From the NCBI RefSeq assembly GCF_009914755.1, contig NC_060942.1: DNA of 64,000 nt; one strand, 5' to 3'. The DNA is from the human T2T-CHM13v2.0 reference genome, Homo sapiens. Both the position numbers and the translations under genes were made by a program. Under the pieces are notes generated by a model. That model saw nothing but the letters and a program-made list of their open reading frames with translations. It was not told the origin of the DNA and made no database searches. Below are positions 12,741-27,246 of the stretch, piece by piece (within the stretch, counting starts at the first letter, position 1; each line of letters begins with the position of its first letter).

Positions 12741-14517
12741 GTGAGTGGAAAAGGTCAACTATCTTCTGTTTCTTGTAAGCTAAGTGCTTTCATTGCCTTT
12801 TAACTTCAGTTTTCTCTTGACAACTCAATAATTTACATTTCACAATAACATTCTCTAAAACAAGACATACATTAAAACATTCTATACCATAAAACAAATC
12901 CTGGTAAAGAGAATCAATTTGCAAACTGTTGCTAGGAAAACCATTTGAGAACCTGTGTCCTTTAGCAAAATAAAATGGAGAAAGGATAAGGTTATCAATT
13001 TTTGTTCAACACCAAAACCAATTTTATTTTGATGATATTATTTCAAAAAGTAATTGGTCAAACTTTAAATAATAGAATTATTCAGCATCTTTATAATCAC
13101 ATAAGGATTTTCTTGAAGACACAAAAAAGGAAAATAAAAGAATTCTGTTTCTCATGCTTTGTTTGATTCTCTCTTTGTTTAGTCCCTGGTTATCTGAATG
13201 AATCTAAGGAGCCCATTAAGATCATTACAATAACAATATAATACTATTATATACAGAACTATTTTTGCAATAAGCATCCTCAAAACATTGTGCGTATGTA
13301 AATATATATATGTAGTCATAGATAGCAAAATAGCCATATGTGTGTGTAAAAATATATATGAATACATATATATATGCAACAATATGTATATATAAATGTG
13401 ATTTTAAATAAATAAAAAAAAAACAGAAGGAGTAAACTCGGCCCTAAATCTTGCAAAACCAAAAGGCCAAATGACAGAATTTTCACCCAAGAAGGTGACT
13501 TCCTCAGAAAGTATGGATATGAACACGGTTGGTAATTCTGAGGGAAGTGGGCAGAACACATGCTATATTAGTCTGGACTTGGGATAACATCCTTACTCTT
13601 GTAGTTCACAAGATATCAGGTGGTTTAAAAACAACAACAGCAACAACAAAATCCTTGTTCACAACTTGTTAATGACAGGTTCATTAGCTCAAAAGTCTTA
13701 ATCATTAATGTGATAGACAATCTTAAGTGGATTCCAATGTGAATCTATTTCATATAAATATATTGCTGGGTGTTGCTTGTCCTTGTTTCGGATGTTAACA
13801 CTTTTAGTTGCAAATGGGCCTCATGAATTAACTGTGCACCCCTTTATGTATGGCAGGTGGCCCTTGTTCTGTTAACATGGGTCAATGCAACCGTTGAAGC
13901 AGTATACTGTATTTCTTATTGTCAGCCGGGTCCAGGACTTGGCAGATAAAAGTATTGCCTTCTGTTCTATTGTTGTACAATTCCAAGGAAAGAAGAGTAT
14001 CTACATCTTTCCTGTTAACTTTCCAGTGAAATGCTGGGGTAAACACAAACATTGCGCCTAAATATGTCAAGTGGTGGTAGACAATAGGAACTGAGCATTT
14101 AACTAGAAAAAAAAACAACTAAAATTCCTTAATTTTCCACATAATTATGGCTTTTACCTAAACTGTCTAAATGATGGTCTCAGTTGGACACCTAGCATTC
14201 TTCTTAAAACAACCATGAGTAAAAAGGAAATACGGAAAATAAGAGAATTTTACCTCAAGGTTTTCCTAACATCATTCTAGTTACAAAACATAGGAAAATA
14301 AAGAGACTAGCAACTTAAATTCGACTTTAGAAAATTTATTTAAGAGCAGTTCTTGACTTATTTTATTACACACATTAAGTCAAGTCAGAGCCCCTTTGTT
14401 TAACTAATTATATGTTCTGCAATTATAGGAATGACTGACTTGTATTTACAGATGATGTATGATTTATATGATTACTTCTCTGCAGTCTATTCATTTGTAT
14501 TTTTATTGAAATTACAG

Positions 14518-14583
14518 GTGCTTCAATTTAACAGAGACCAGGGAGTCAAATGTGACCCTGAAAGTGAAAAAAAAAGGAAAATG
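14518..14583 (+). CDS. SERPINB10: SERPINB10 exon 3 (CD loop, aa 57-78, Cys68 and KKRK nuclear-targeting motif)
   Basis: ttacag|GTG...ATG|gtatat; 66 nt encoding [22 protein letters not shown]. Confidence 0.95.
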
Positions 14584-15026
14584 GTATATCTTATCCTTTA
14601 ATATATATTTCATAATTAAGGAAAAAGTACTTTTAGCACATGTATTTTAGTGATAACTGAAGCAACTTTTAGCAGGTAATTTTTCTTAGAAACATATATT
14701 AAAGTTACAGAAACTTTTTTTGGAATACAAAATATCTACACCTTTTGAAAGATCTCTTGTCCCCACGCCCTTTTAATCTCTCTAAAAATTTCTCTAGTTT
14801 CAAACTTTTTCTTGCCTGCTTTTGCAAACTAAATGTGAAGAAAATTATGGCCTCAATAACATTTCATTCTTTTGCACTAACACTAAAGAAAACATTTTTA
14901 TCCACTTTAGGAACATTTTCAACTTTTGTTTGCAATTCCCCAAATAATTTTATTTAGCTTTAGTTTGCTAACTTGTACGTAACTCTTGTTCAACATTTTA
15001 TTTGACTAGTTCCTTCTCTTTTAAAG

Positions 15027-15164
15027 GAATTCAACTTGAGCAACTCGGAAGAAATACACTCTGATTTCCAAACACTTATCTCAGAAACCCTCAAGCCCAA
15101 CGATGACTACTTACTTAAAACAGCCAATGCGATATATGGAGAGAAAACGTATGCATTTCACAAT
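15027..15164 (+). CDS. SERPINB10: SERPINB10 exon 4 (aa 79-124)
   Basis: ttaaag|GAA...AAT|gtaagt; 138 nt, [46 protein letters not shown]. Confidence 0.96.
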
Positions 15165-16854
15165 GTAAGTGCAAATGTCTTATTTTAAGCTAATGGAAAA
15201 GAAAGAGCAATGTGAGACCAATCAGTAAACTCTGTATATTTCTTTAGGGATCCAGGGACAATCTTCATGTGGTCAGTACTTCCCTGCAAACAATCAATTA
15301 GACCAACCAATGAGTGTCTAGTGGTAAAGGAAACCAATAACAGGTCTCAAATCAGATCTAGCAATCAGATATTTCTGTCTAGAATAAAGAGGTAGCCCCT
15401 GAGAATGGCCTACAAATACATATGGAGACTTGGCTGGAGACTGTCTACTTGAGAGCAAAACTGACCTTGGGATGAGAGAAGTGAGCAGTTTTCACATCAA
15501 GACTTTACAGACTTTGGGAACATGAAACATGAAATAATATCAACCTCTCCTCTTTACTAAGGGTTGAAACCCCACCAATGCAGACCATGATGACTCTGTC
15601 CTCTGTTAAGAGGGTCACATGACAACCCAGGTCAATAATTTCCTTCATTGTCCAACATCTCTTTGGGCAGGAGGACCCGTGTGTCCAGTGGGTAAAGAGC
15701 AAGGAAATTAGATAGGGTAGAAGAATAGCAATAAGATAAAATAAAGCTACCTTGTGATTTCAAGCAATGCTATCCCTGTTCAAATCTAGTGAATTCTGGG
15801 GAGTTCAGGAATTGAGCTTTGTTATTACTAAAGACATAAAATCATCCAAATGGAATCTTAAAGACAGTTTCCTTTCTTGTAGGCTCATGGACTCTCGTTT
15901 GATGCAGAAGTAGGAGACATGATTGACTCAGTGGGCACTTAGAAACAAGAGGGACACAGAGATAGAGACAAACATATTTTTATATGTCCACAAGCCCTGA
16001 ATTAAGACAGGCAGTGGTCCCTCAAAATATTTAAGTTTTCCTTTTATTAGATTTTAAATTCCACAGAATTTAGACTTCATAATCTTCAAGCCACTTCCTG
16101 GCAACAGAATTAACTCATCACTTTTTCTCCTACAAGCCCTGCATAAAGTAAGCAAATTGAAGGAATACTACAATGTCTTGAAGAATAAATTGTGTTCCCA
16201 AGGCAGATGCCCCCATAACAGCAAACTCAGTCATAGCCTACATGTGATGACTGCCACTGGGTGAACATCAGAGGACCAGGAGGAGGTGGAGGCCTCATTT
16301 TTTTTTTTTTTTTTTTTGCCTCAGAATGCCTAATATAACATTCAACTCTGCTTAGAAATCCATTTTCATGGCAGGATATCATTTTCTTCAAGGGTCCTCC
16401 ACAAGATTCTTGTTGTTTAGAATCCACAGAAGGAAGCTACCAGTATCACAAGCCTCACTTTGGTTTCATCCCTACCATAAAAAGTCAAGTACAATGCCCA
16501 GTACCTCTTGGCCACTGGGGTCACTCTTGTTATTTGTAGTCCCTTTCCATTCTAGCCTCATTTCAAGGCATGGATAAAAATAGAAAGGAAGAGGATGTGG
16601 AAGCCCCAAAAATGTGGGCATCCGTACTTCCTTCCACAGCTGGAGCTCTGCATAGCTAGCCAGTGCCCTGCTAAGTTTGAAGAGTGAGGTGTTTAGTTTT
16701 TGACCAATACTGGGAGTCAGGAAAGAGAGGATGGAGTGATGGTGTGGGAGTGTGCAATTGCCCGCCTACCTAGTTCTTTTGATAATCTAAATAGATTTGA
16801 TTTCTCAATTTTGAACAAACTCTACAAAAGGGGATTTTTATCTATGTCTTTCAG

Positions 16855-16972
16855 AAATATTTAGAAGACATGAAAACATATTTTGGTGCAGAACCTCAGT
16901 CTGTTAACTTTGTGGAAGCTTCTGATCAAATCAGAAAGGACATCAACTCTTGGGTTGAAAGACAGACCGAGG
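16855..16972 (+). CDS. SERPINB10: SERPINB10 exon 5
   Basis: tttcag|AAA...GAG G|gtaagc; 118 nt (canonical clade-B size), [39 protein letters not shown]. Confidence 0.96.
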
Positions 16973-18299
16973 GTAAGCTTTCACCAAGGGGTTTGGCAGC
17001 GTGCTTTTCCCAAACATCCTTGTATTTATTTTAGTTTGTGTCATATGTAAGTATGTATACTCCTTAAATAGAAGTGTGGACACATTGTAAATATTCAGAA
17101 CATTTATTTCTATTCATGTACATAATTTTTAGATTCACTGCCTTCCTAATAAGTCTTATCTAAAACAAGTAAGTCAGGCCATCACTTTACCAAATAGACA
17201 AGAAAATTATCATCTCCCACTAATTCCAAAGAAGAGCCCAAGGGTAAAAAGCAGAAAAATGCAAAAAGGAAATTGAAAATACTGCCACATGCATGGTTTT
17301 TAAGGAAAAATATCTACTAATAACAGAAATGTGGCATTAAATGTGCTATAGAATCTTAAATACTTTTCAAAGTAAGTTCAAGTATCAGTTAGAGTATGGA
17401 TTAAACTACTCTAAAGAAGAGACCCAAAATATAGTGGCTTAATAAGACACAAGTATGTCTTTCTCTCAAATAATAGTTCAAAGGTAGTTAGGCATCCTGG
17501 GTTAGAGAGAGCATTTTGCCTCCCAAGGCCATCCAGAGATCCAGGCTGGTGTTCAGTACTGCCATCCTCAATACATGGCTTCCATCTCTAGGTGCGAGAT
17601 GGTTCTTACAATAGCCAGTTGTAGTAGCAGCAGGAAGTGGGGAAAAGAAATTTCAGCAAAAGCTAATTTGTCTTTAAGGGGATGCCCTGGAAGTTTCACA
17701 TGTTAATTCCACTCATCTCCCACTGGTCTAAACTTAGTCCATAGCACACTTTCTGCTAGGGTGACCAGTGCATTCTGGTTTGCCTGTGACTTTCCTAGTT
17801 TTAGGATCAAAAAGCCCCTAATTCCAGGCAAGAGTGACCAACCACATTCCAGTCAATTCCAGTCACCATACTTGCTAGAAGAAAGACCTGCAAAATGGAG
17901 TTTTCAGCTGGGTTGTCATTTGTCACCTAAATTTCAGGGTTTTATTTCTAAAAGGAAGTAGTAGAAGGATTCTCCCAGGCAATTTAACAGTCTTTTATTG
18001 TTATCCTTATTTTAGAAATAAGGAAGCTGAGATTTTAGAGAAATTATCTATGATTACACAGTTTAAAGCTTCAGCAATAGGATTTCGAATATAAGTCAGC
18101 TTAGTTCCAAAGTCTGAACTGATTTCTACACACCATGCTGCCTTTTAAATCAACATTTCAATTGATATTATATTATATCTTATGAAGAAATACAAAGGCA
18201 TCATCATTAATGAAGATTAATTAATCATTCATGACTTAATGAAGATTAATTCATCATTTGTCATTAATGAATATTAATGATGATGCCTTTGCTTTGTGT

Positions 18300-19255
18300 C
18301 TAAGCACATGGAATGTTTTGCTGTCTTCTCCTCTGAACTTCAGGGCTCATAACAAACACCTGCTAGACATATTTGCCAAGGGTCCCATGCATTTCAAATT
18401 CACCATACCTGAAATCACATTCAGAATGGTTTTCCCAGACCTTGTCTTCCTCATGTATTCTCCATCTTGCTGAATGGGTACACCAATCACACACTTGCCC
18501 AGAACAGTAATCTGAGACATACTCTAAATTCTACCCTTTCCTTTGCTTCCTCTTAAATGTTTCTCAGAGTTCACTTTTCCTTTCAATTCCTTTCCTCCAC
18601 AGCCTTTCTTTCTTCGCTATCTTTTATCTGCACAAATGCAATAATTTGCCTCTAATCTTGTTCCCTTCAAATCTAACCTCCATTTACCACCCAAATTACC
18701 TGCCTAGAATACAAATTAGACCAGATAGGCCATGTCACTTCTCTACTCAAAACTGATTCATGCTGCCCCATGACCTATGGGATCAACACAAAGCCCTTAA
18801 CCAGACATATAAGGGCCAATATGACTGTGGAGCCTTGCTTGTCTCTCCACTTAAACTCTTGTCACTCCCTGGATTAAAATTTATATTTCAGGGATTCTAC
18901 ATGTCATAGAATGTCCCGAACTCCCTGTGCTACTTAATGGCCCTGTACTCATGCCATTTCTTCTATCTGAAATACCGTTCCCTGCCCTGCCACCCCCAAC
19001 CCCTCCTTTGCCCCCAAATAACTTCTCAGGGCTTCATTCAGGCTAAACATCCTCCTCTTTGCTCCCAGACATTTATGCAAACCTTTACTTTGACACTTAC
19101 CACACTGTTATCAAAACTAACTGCTTATACATCTATGTCCCCTGCTAGACTCAAGGACTCTATGTGCGATAACTCTGCCTTCAGCTTTAAATCACACATA
19201 ACAGGCCTGCTCATAGCAGTTGTTCAGAACATTAATGTTTATTGGAATGAATTGA
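18300..19255 (+). mobile_element. L2 LINE remnant
   Basis: Pyrimidine-rich L2 3' region (catgtcacttctctactcaaaac) ending in an L2 tail-like aatgtttattggaatgaattga. Confidence 0.7.
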
Positions 19256-19792
19256 TAACATTGGCAGCCCTAAGTGCTCAGTTCCTTTTACATTGAGCCC
19301 ATGACTCAAAAGCCGTGGTGAAGCAAGAGTGACTATGATATTTAACTTCCATCCTGATTTGCATTCATCTGAAAATAAGTTTGTTTTGTTTAGAATTATA
19401 GATTAGCTAGCAGTTACTAGGTACTTGCACTTTTGTAGCTTGTGTGAGACCACATTTGATTGTACAGGCAAAAGTATGTTATGACCTAAACACAAATTCA
19501 ACATAGCAGGAGTAGGAGTAAGAATGGTGCTGGAGTTGGGCAAAATGTTATGTTTTAGATTCCTAGCCTGGTGACTGTTATGTTGTTTGGAAATCAGGTA
19601 GGGATCCTACAGATTGGAAGGCTGGGGCAACTAATCTGCTAGCTTTGCATCCTAGCAAAGCCTTTTAGAGCCAAGAAGACAGCTGTTGTCTGGTGCCACA
19701 TAAGCATGGCTCTTAGGGGTTGGTCCTTGCCTTGCTTCCCCAGCTTAGACTGATGCACTGAAGGTACATAACAAAATCCAGGTGTCTGAATT

Positions 19793-20002
19793 ACAGAGCT
19801 GTCCAGAAGATCTTCCTATGATGATGGAGACGTGCCATAAATCTGCACTGTCCAGTGGAGTAGCTTCTATTCCCATGTGAACACAGGTGATTTGAAATGT
19901 GGCTAATGTGACTGAGGAACTGAATTTTCAACTTATTTCATTTCAATTAATTTAAATTTAAGTAGCCACATGAATCTAGTGGCCACCATATTAGACAGCA
20001 TA
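19793..20002. mobile_element. MER3-like hAT DNA transposon fossil
   Basis: gctgtccag...tgatgatgga...aatgtggctaatgtgactgaggaactgaatttt...tagccacatg...atattagacagc. Confidence 0.85.
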
Positions 20003-21514
20003 AGTCTAGAAGTTTCATTTCTGAAGAAGAACTGAGCAAATAATCTTTTACTTTATGGAAGAAAGGGCAGACTGCAGATTATAGTACTATATGGCCACAG
20101 TATGGGACATCCACACTTTAAAAAATTCTCTGTTATCATACCACTGGTCAAATGAGAGGCACCAAAAAATAAGCTCATGGTGGACACAGTTCGAATCTTT
20201 TACTGAGCCTTGTTTGCCACATCCCATTATTTCATTCCTCCAGCTGACCCTCCTCACTCTATTCCTCAGAAGCAGAATTGTCTAGAGAGGGAGAAAGCTG
20301 TAATCCTTCTGTATTTTCTATTTTGGACACAAATATCTGCTATTTGGAAGCATTCAACATGAAATAAAATAAGGAATTAATTAGTTCTTCAGGAACTTAG
20401 ACTTTGTCGAGGCAGAGTTCCATATGTCCTTAAGGGAAATTTGCTAGGGTGTTTGGCATGACTAGGTTCTACCTGAACCATCTCAAAGATACTTCTTTCC
20501 TTGAGCTTTCAACAGGTCTTCTCCAAGGTCTTCATTTTTCCTTTAGATAGTAGCATCCAGCATCATTAATAAAAACAACAAACCTGCACCCTGAACCTTC
20601 CCCAGAAGATTTTAGAATACTTTTCTTTCTTTTTTGGTGTTCTGAGGTTTCAACATTATGTTCTAGGCAGGGGTCTTTTTATTTTTATTTATTTACTTTA
20701 TAACTTTGCTGGCAATTATTTTAAATCTAAATATAAAGGCCTTTAGGTAAACAAAATTGTGTATATTATTTATTTCATGATTTTCTTCTTTTCATTCTGT
20801 CCCTTCTTGCCTTCAGTACTTCCAATAAACAAATTTGAAATTTCACAATCTATCCTATCTGCTTTGATTTTCCATTTATATTTACTTTTCATTGCTTTGC
20901 CCTTCTGTTATCCTTTTCCAGCTCATGATTTTGCTCCAGCCGTGTTCATTCAACTATTCAATCTATTCAAGAGTTTTATTTCCACAGTTATTTATGTTCT
21001 GCTTTGACAATTATTTCTTTTCTCTTCAAGACTTATGGTTATTGGTTATTTCTTTTTCATTAGTGAGATCAGTCAGCTTTATCTGAATATGTAAATTTTG
21101 CTTATTGTTAAGTCTTTTTGCTGTATTAATTCTGCTTCCTGTTAGTGCATGTTGATGTTGGTGCTTCTCTCTCATAGGGTGGATTTTCTTACCTGTTTAA
21201 TCCTTTTGGTTTTCTGTGTGTCTTTTTGTTTGGCAACCCCAGTTTACCAGTCTTAGTTTATAATACAGATCACAATAACTTGTCTATGGTCACTGTTGGG
21301 CTGACATTGATGTGCTGTGTTTATAACTTGCCTTCTGGGCATGGGAAGCTTCCAGTTTTTCTTGGGAATTCCTAGTACCTTGGGAACACTGTTCTAACTC
21401 CACTGTGACATACGGTGTCCTCACTCATTACTCTAGACAGTAAGCTAATGTATTTGTAGCCCATTGCTGGTACCCAGGGAGGTATAGAAAGTCAATAAAC
21501 ACAATTTCTGTAAA

Positions 21515-21675
21515 CCAGTGACTCTCAATCGTGGCAACATATTAAGTTGAATTTACTGATTACTAAGCCTAACTCCAGATGAACTAATTCAGATATCTTG
21601 GAGTGAGGTTCAAGCATCAGTATTTTTAAGTCTTTAGGAGATTCTAATTTGCAGTCAAAGTTAGGAGCCACTGCA
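21515..21675. mobile_element. MER5-like DNA transposon fossil
   Basis: cagtgactctcaa...catcagtatttttaag...gattctaatttgcag...ggagccactg. Confidence 0.7.
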
Positions 21676-21959
21676 ATAAATGGAATTATTTCATTAATCT
21701 CATTGATGTTCCCTGCCCCCAACAAGCTCCATGAATGCATGGCCTTTGAGTTTCTAACTCCCTGAGCAACACCCCAACCTCCCAAGAAGTCATCTGTGAT
21801 GCCTTTTGTGTGTGTATGCTGTGGTTTCCTCTATCAGTCTAATCCATCTGTATTTTCTCTTTCGGGATTCTTCAAATTTTCCAGTCCTTTAATGGCATCT
21901 TGGCTTGTAGCACTGTTTCAGATACATTCTTTTAAACAAACATATGGTCTAAAACATTA

Positions 21960-23930
21960 AGTAACCTTGTAAAACAGCATTTTTGACTATAAATTCAAAG
22001 GTTAAAAAAAGTAAGTATACTTCGACTATATATTTTAAGGCTGAAAAAAAGTACACAAATATTGTACCCTAGTTTTTAAATTTGTTTTTAATAGAAGAAT
22101 GGATTTGCAATCCTGAAACTACTTTATGTTTGTTCTAGGATTAAGCAAATAAGGAAATATATTGGAAATCATGAGAGCCAGGAAAGAAATTACAAGTAAG
22201 GCAAAGACAAAGGCTACAATGAACCCTGTGTTATTAGATTGGAAGTGAAAGTATCAATATGACCTTCTAGTCTTCAATATATATGCAGAAAGATAATTCA
22301 ATAGATAAATGTAGAAATAGATACAGATGTGTGTATAATGCATACATTTCCTAGCCCCATTTGCTGAGAGGATCTGGAAGCAATGACATCCCAATAGTAA
22401 TCAGCATATCTGACACCAAGATCTTGATTTCTAAACTCCTTCTTTCAAAAAAAGAAAGCAGAGCTCCTGGACAAAATGGTGGTAACAGAGCTGGGACAAG
22501 CGAAGTACAAGATAAGGACTTTTTGTGGTGACAGAATGTAAGGAAATGCTCAAAATACTTGGGAATATGTCAGAAGGACACAGGAGCCAACAGGGGAGGC
22601 TTCCAATGACAAAATCTGGAGCAATTTGTGCAACAAAATAAATAATGATAGTAATGGATTATAACCCATAGAATAAAGCAAATACCCATGAGTCTATACT
22701 GATATAAACAAATAATTGAAGATCCAAATAAATGAAGAAGGGAAGGCTCTTTCTCACAGTAGAATTCTAGTTAATGAATACAGAAGAATGATGGAAATAG
22801 AAAACCACCATCTGCAATAGTAACCACAGTAGTAATTGTTTTAGATAGGAATTATAAATGGATACTAAAATTAGTGGACAAAAGCCTGATGGGAAACAGA
22901 ATATTACACGCTCTCAAAGTATCTTCCCACATGATACCAAAAAATAAAAAAACCAGCCAGTCCTTTTACATTGGAAAAATCAGTGTTCAAATTAATAGCA
23001 CCAGTAATAGGACATATGGGCATCATGCACTTCCTTACATGATTCATTGAGAAGAACACAGCATGACTTTGGTGGTTGTATTAGTTTCCTAGGGCTGTCA
23101 TAACACATTAAGGTAAACAGAGTGGTTAAAAACAACAAAAATGTATTCTCTCACAGTTTTGGGGGCTAGGTGTCAAAATCAGGCTGTCAGCAAGGCTGTG
23201 CTCTCTCTGAAGGCTCTAGAGAAGAAACTTGCATGAGCTTCTCATAGCTTCTGGTGGTTGTTGACAATCCTTGGCACTCATTTGCTGGTTGATGCATCAC
23301 TCCAATCTTTGCCCGCATTGGTACATGGCTTCCTCTTGTTATCTGTATCTCTCTTTTGTCTCTGCATCTTCTCATGGCACTCTCCTCTCTGTGTGCCTAT
23401 GTCCAAACTCCCCCCTCCTTACAGAGAGACTAGTCATTGGATTGGGTCTCACCTTAATCCAATATGACATCATCTTAACTTTATTTCATCTGCAGAGACT
23501 GTATTTCTAAATAAGGTCACATTCACAGGTACTACGGGTTAGAAGTGGGACACGTGTTTTTGGGGGACACAATTCAACCCACCACAGTGATACTCTCACA
23601 AAAATGCATAACTTGAATATTATCTTGATTAAACATCAGACAAACCTAAACTGGGAATTCAGGAGAGTTCTACAAAACAAATGGGAAGTCTTTCTTAAAG
23701 GTGTCAAGGTCATGAAAGACAATGAATGAGTGAGAAACTGTTCCAGATTAAAGGTGAATAAGAAGAAATTACAACTAAATGCAATGCAAGGTCTTGTATT
23801 GATTTCTAACCCAGAAAAAAAGGACTTTATTAAAACAACTGATGAAATTTAAATATGACCTGTCAATAATATTCTATTAATGTTAACTTCCTGGTTTGGA
23901 TCAGTGGTGTATATAAGATGTTATCATTTA
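21960..23930 (+). mobile_element. Ancient L1M (L1MC/MD-like) 3' region interrupted by an MLT1 LTR
   Basis: Motifs such as aaacatcagacaaacctaaa, gaaactgttccagattaaag and acaactaaatgcaatg, typical of L1MC 3' ends. Confidence 0.65.
23077..23586 (-). mobile_element. MLT1C-like solo LTR
   Basis: tgtattagtttcctagggctg...ggggacacaattcaacccaccaca; near-TSD gtggt/gtgat. Confidence 0.85.
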
Positions 23931-24422
23931 ACGATATTTTATAAGCATAATTATTATAAATGTGGTGTATCACTAGGATGTAATTATATCATTTTCTAAT
24001 TGTTTATTGTTAGAAGATAAGAAGATAATTTTTAGCGTAATAGTGTAACAGCACCTAAAAGAACTTCTTATTAGTTTTCATTGTTTTTTAGTTGATTCTC
24101 CTTGCTTTCCTTATTATTTGCAAATAATAATTTTGTCTCTTCCTTTTATATAATATCTCATCTAATTTTTTTTGCTTTACTTAGTATTTTGAGAAAAATG
24201 TTAAATAACGGTAGTCATAGCAGGCCATAAATACCACTAATGTTTCTGGGTTAGCATTATTATGGGTTTGTTGAAGAAAAATATTATTTTTAATATTATA
24301 GAAGTATTCTTCATTTTAATTTACAAAGTCATCATTTTAAAATTAGAAATGAAGGTTGAAGATCAAAAGTATTTTTGCAGATGATGTTATGATTTTTTTC
24401 TCCTATCAGTCATCAAAGCAAT

Positions 24423-24784
24423 TGTCTCAGTCCATTACAGCTGCTATAACAAAACATCTTAGACTGGGTAATTTATAAATAATAGAAACTTATTGCTCAC
24501 AGTTCTGGAAGCTGGGAAGTCCGCAATCAAGGTGCCAGGAGATTCAGCGTGTGGCTAGGGCTTGCTCTATAATTCCAAAGTGACACCTTCTCATTGTCAT
24601 CGCATAGTGGAGGGGGCAAACAGGCTCCCTCAATCCCTTTATAAGGACACTAATCCTATTCATGAGGGCAGAGCCCTCCTGATCTAATCCTTTCCCAAAG
24701 CCCCACCTGTTAATTCTATCACACTGAACATTAGGTTCCAACATATGAATTTTGGAGGAACACAAATATTCAGGCCATATCAGC
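24423..24784 (-). mobile_element. MLT1A-like solo LTR
   Basis: tgtctcagtccatt...gctgctataacaaaa...tctggaagctgggaagtcc...catatgaattttggagg. Confidence 0.85.
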
Positions 24785-25675
24785 AACACGCTACATTAAT
24801 AGATTTCCTAATATATGTTTCTTGCATTCCTAATGTATATTAATTAGATTTATTTACTAAAATGTAATTTAGGGTTTATTTGTTTATATTCACAAGAGAA
24901 ATGGGTTTACGGATGGGAATTTTGTGCTTTCTTGTCATTTTTATACTAGGTATATGCCAGCTTGATAAAAGTAATCAGAGAATTTTCTATTTTGTGCTTT
25001 GAAACTGTGTGAATAGTGTAGAGATTTATCATTTACTTGAAGGTTGAAAAGAATTTACCTGTCTACATGTCTGGGGTTGATGCTGTTTCCACGGGAGGTA
25101 ATCACTTGAGAGTTGTACAATTTCAATCATGTTTAATTTTTTTTTTCAGATTTTCTACTATTTCTTGAGATTCTATTAATATTTTCCTGGAAAATTATTT
25201 TTTAAATTAAGTGCCACAAGCTGTCTCTTATAATTTTAACAGCTTTCCCATGTCTGTATTTTGGCAGTTTAAAAGATCAGCCCTTTATTCTGAGTAGTGT
25301 CTGTTGCAGAGTGAAGCTGGGTTGGCCAAGAGGTTCTTCTCAATCCAGTTTTATCTACCTCAGTTATCAAACATGTGCCTCTAGAGCAAACCTATAATAC
25401 CTGATTCGAGAGATATATATTTGACGTATTTTTATAAATCGTTCAAGGTGCTTTATTAGAGAGTTTGGAGAGAATGTATTCGGGGTTGATAGCCAAATAT
25501 CAGTTTAAGTTGTAACTATAACAATCTGATAGAAGCAATTGCACACAGCAATATTTTGGGCAACAGGAAAACATTGGCACAGCCTTTCAGATGTTAATCA
25601 GAGCAGCTCACGGTTTCTGGCTACAAACAGAAGTGAAAAAGAAGGAAGTATTTCAGTCCCCTCGAAATAGGGGTA

Positions 25676-26007
<332 letters not shown>

Positions 26008-27103
26008 CAATTTCGGTGGCCTATGTGAACTTTCCATGTTCACATGTAAATCAATTTGGTGAGAAACCCAGCTAAACCTGCTTTTGTGACAATACTTGGC
26101 TCTTTTTAGTATGATTATGGATGAACATATGAACCATAGTATCTCTTGGATACCAAATACCAGAGAGTCCTACAGAAAGTCTTTCCAACAGCTACAAATA
26201 CGAAATGCCAAAACTCAAACCCTATCTAATTATAGCTTTCCACCTTCTCTTAATCTCCATATATGTATATATTTTTTCCATCATTTTAGCCAGTAAATTT
26301 TGAAGGAAAATAAAGGTTCATATGAATTAATTTTCAAGAGTATTTATTTTATTTTTTTGTTAGAAATTTAAAATTTTTGGCAGGAGTTTAAATGCCACCA
26401 TTTCCCCCTCTGAATTTCAAAAAGGAAAGAAAAATCCCTTCTTCCTCCAGGGCAGTTAAGTCCTGTTATTGAGCAATTTTACAGATCTTGATTTATACTC
26501 TAAGAGTAGAGGAGGGGAAATGATGAATAGAGTATATTAACAATGACATAAAGGTACAGAGAAAAAGAAGGACATTTTAGCAGAAGTGTCTTGCCCAGAG
26601 GTAGTGCTAAGAGAAATGTTCTTTAGATTTCTACCACAAACTTGGAAACCTTGAAAAAGAGAAGTAACTTCCTTTTTTACCACTATGTTTCACAAGTTGT
26701 CCAACCTAAATCAGTAGGTGCAAAGAGTTGTTAGTCAAGTAGTTGTAATTTTCTGGAAATAAAAAATCTTTAGCTAAAGTGCAAAAAAAAAAAAGAAAAA
26801 AAAAGAAATAGGGTTACAAATCAACTTATATTACAGGGAAGTTTTTATAATTAAAATGCAAATTTGTACTTTATGTGGAATAATGCTTACTGACAGTCCA
26901 GCATATTATTTCTTCAGGGTTTCTCTATTTATTCACAGCAGCTATTCTGGACAGGAATAGTACTTGTCCATTTCCAGAAAATCAAAAACCAGGACTTTTA
27001 AAGAAAACTTTTATAGTTCCAGAAAAAATAGAAGCCTGGTTGTCTTTAGTTAAAATATACATATTTCTACAAGTCATTTGCAACCTGCCTTTTGTTCTTA
27101 CAG

Positions 27104-27246
27104 GTAAAATCCAGAATCTCCTGCCTGATGACTCTGTGGATTCCACAACCAGGATGATTCTGGTGAACGCCCTATACTTTAAAGGAATCTGGGAACATCA
27201 ATTCTTAGTGCAAAACACCACAGAAAAGCCTTTTAGAATAAACGAG
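27104..27246 (+). CDS. SERPINB10: SERPINB10 exon 6
   Basis: ttacag|GT AAA...GAG|gtagga; 143 nt, (G)[47 protein letters not shown]. Confidence 0.97.

Noticed and set aside
13295-13400. TA/CA-rich quasi-palindromic tracts (also 31240-31312)
   Set aside because: Ordinary degenerate dinucleotide microsatellites.
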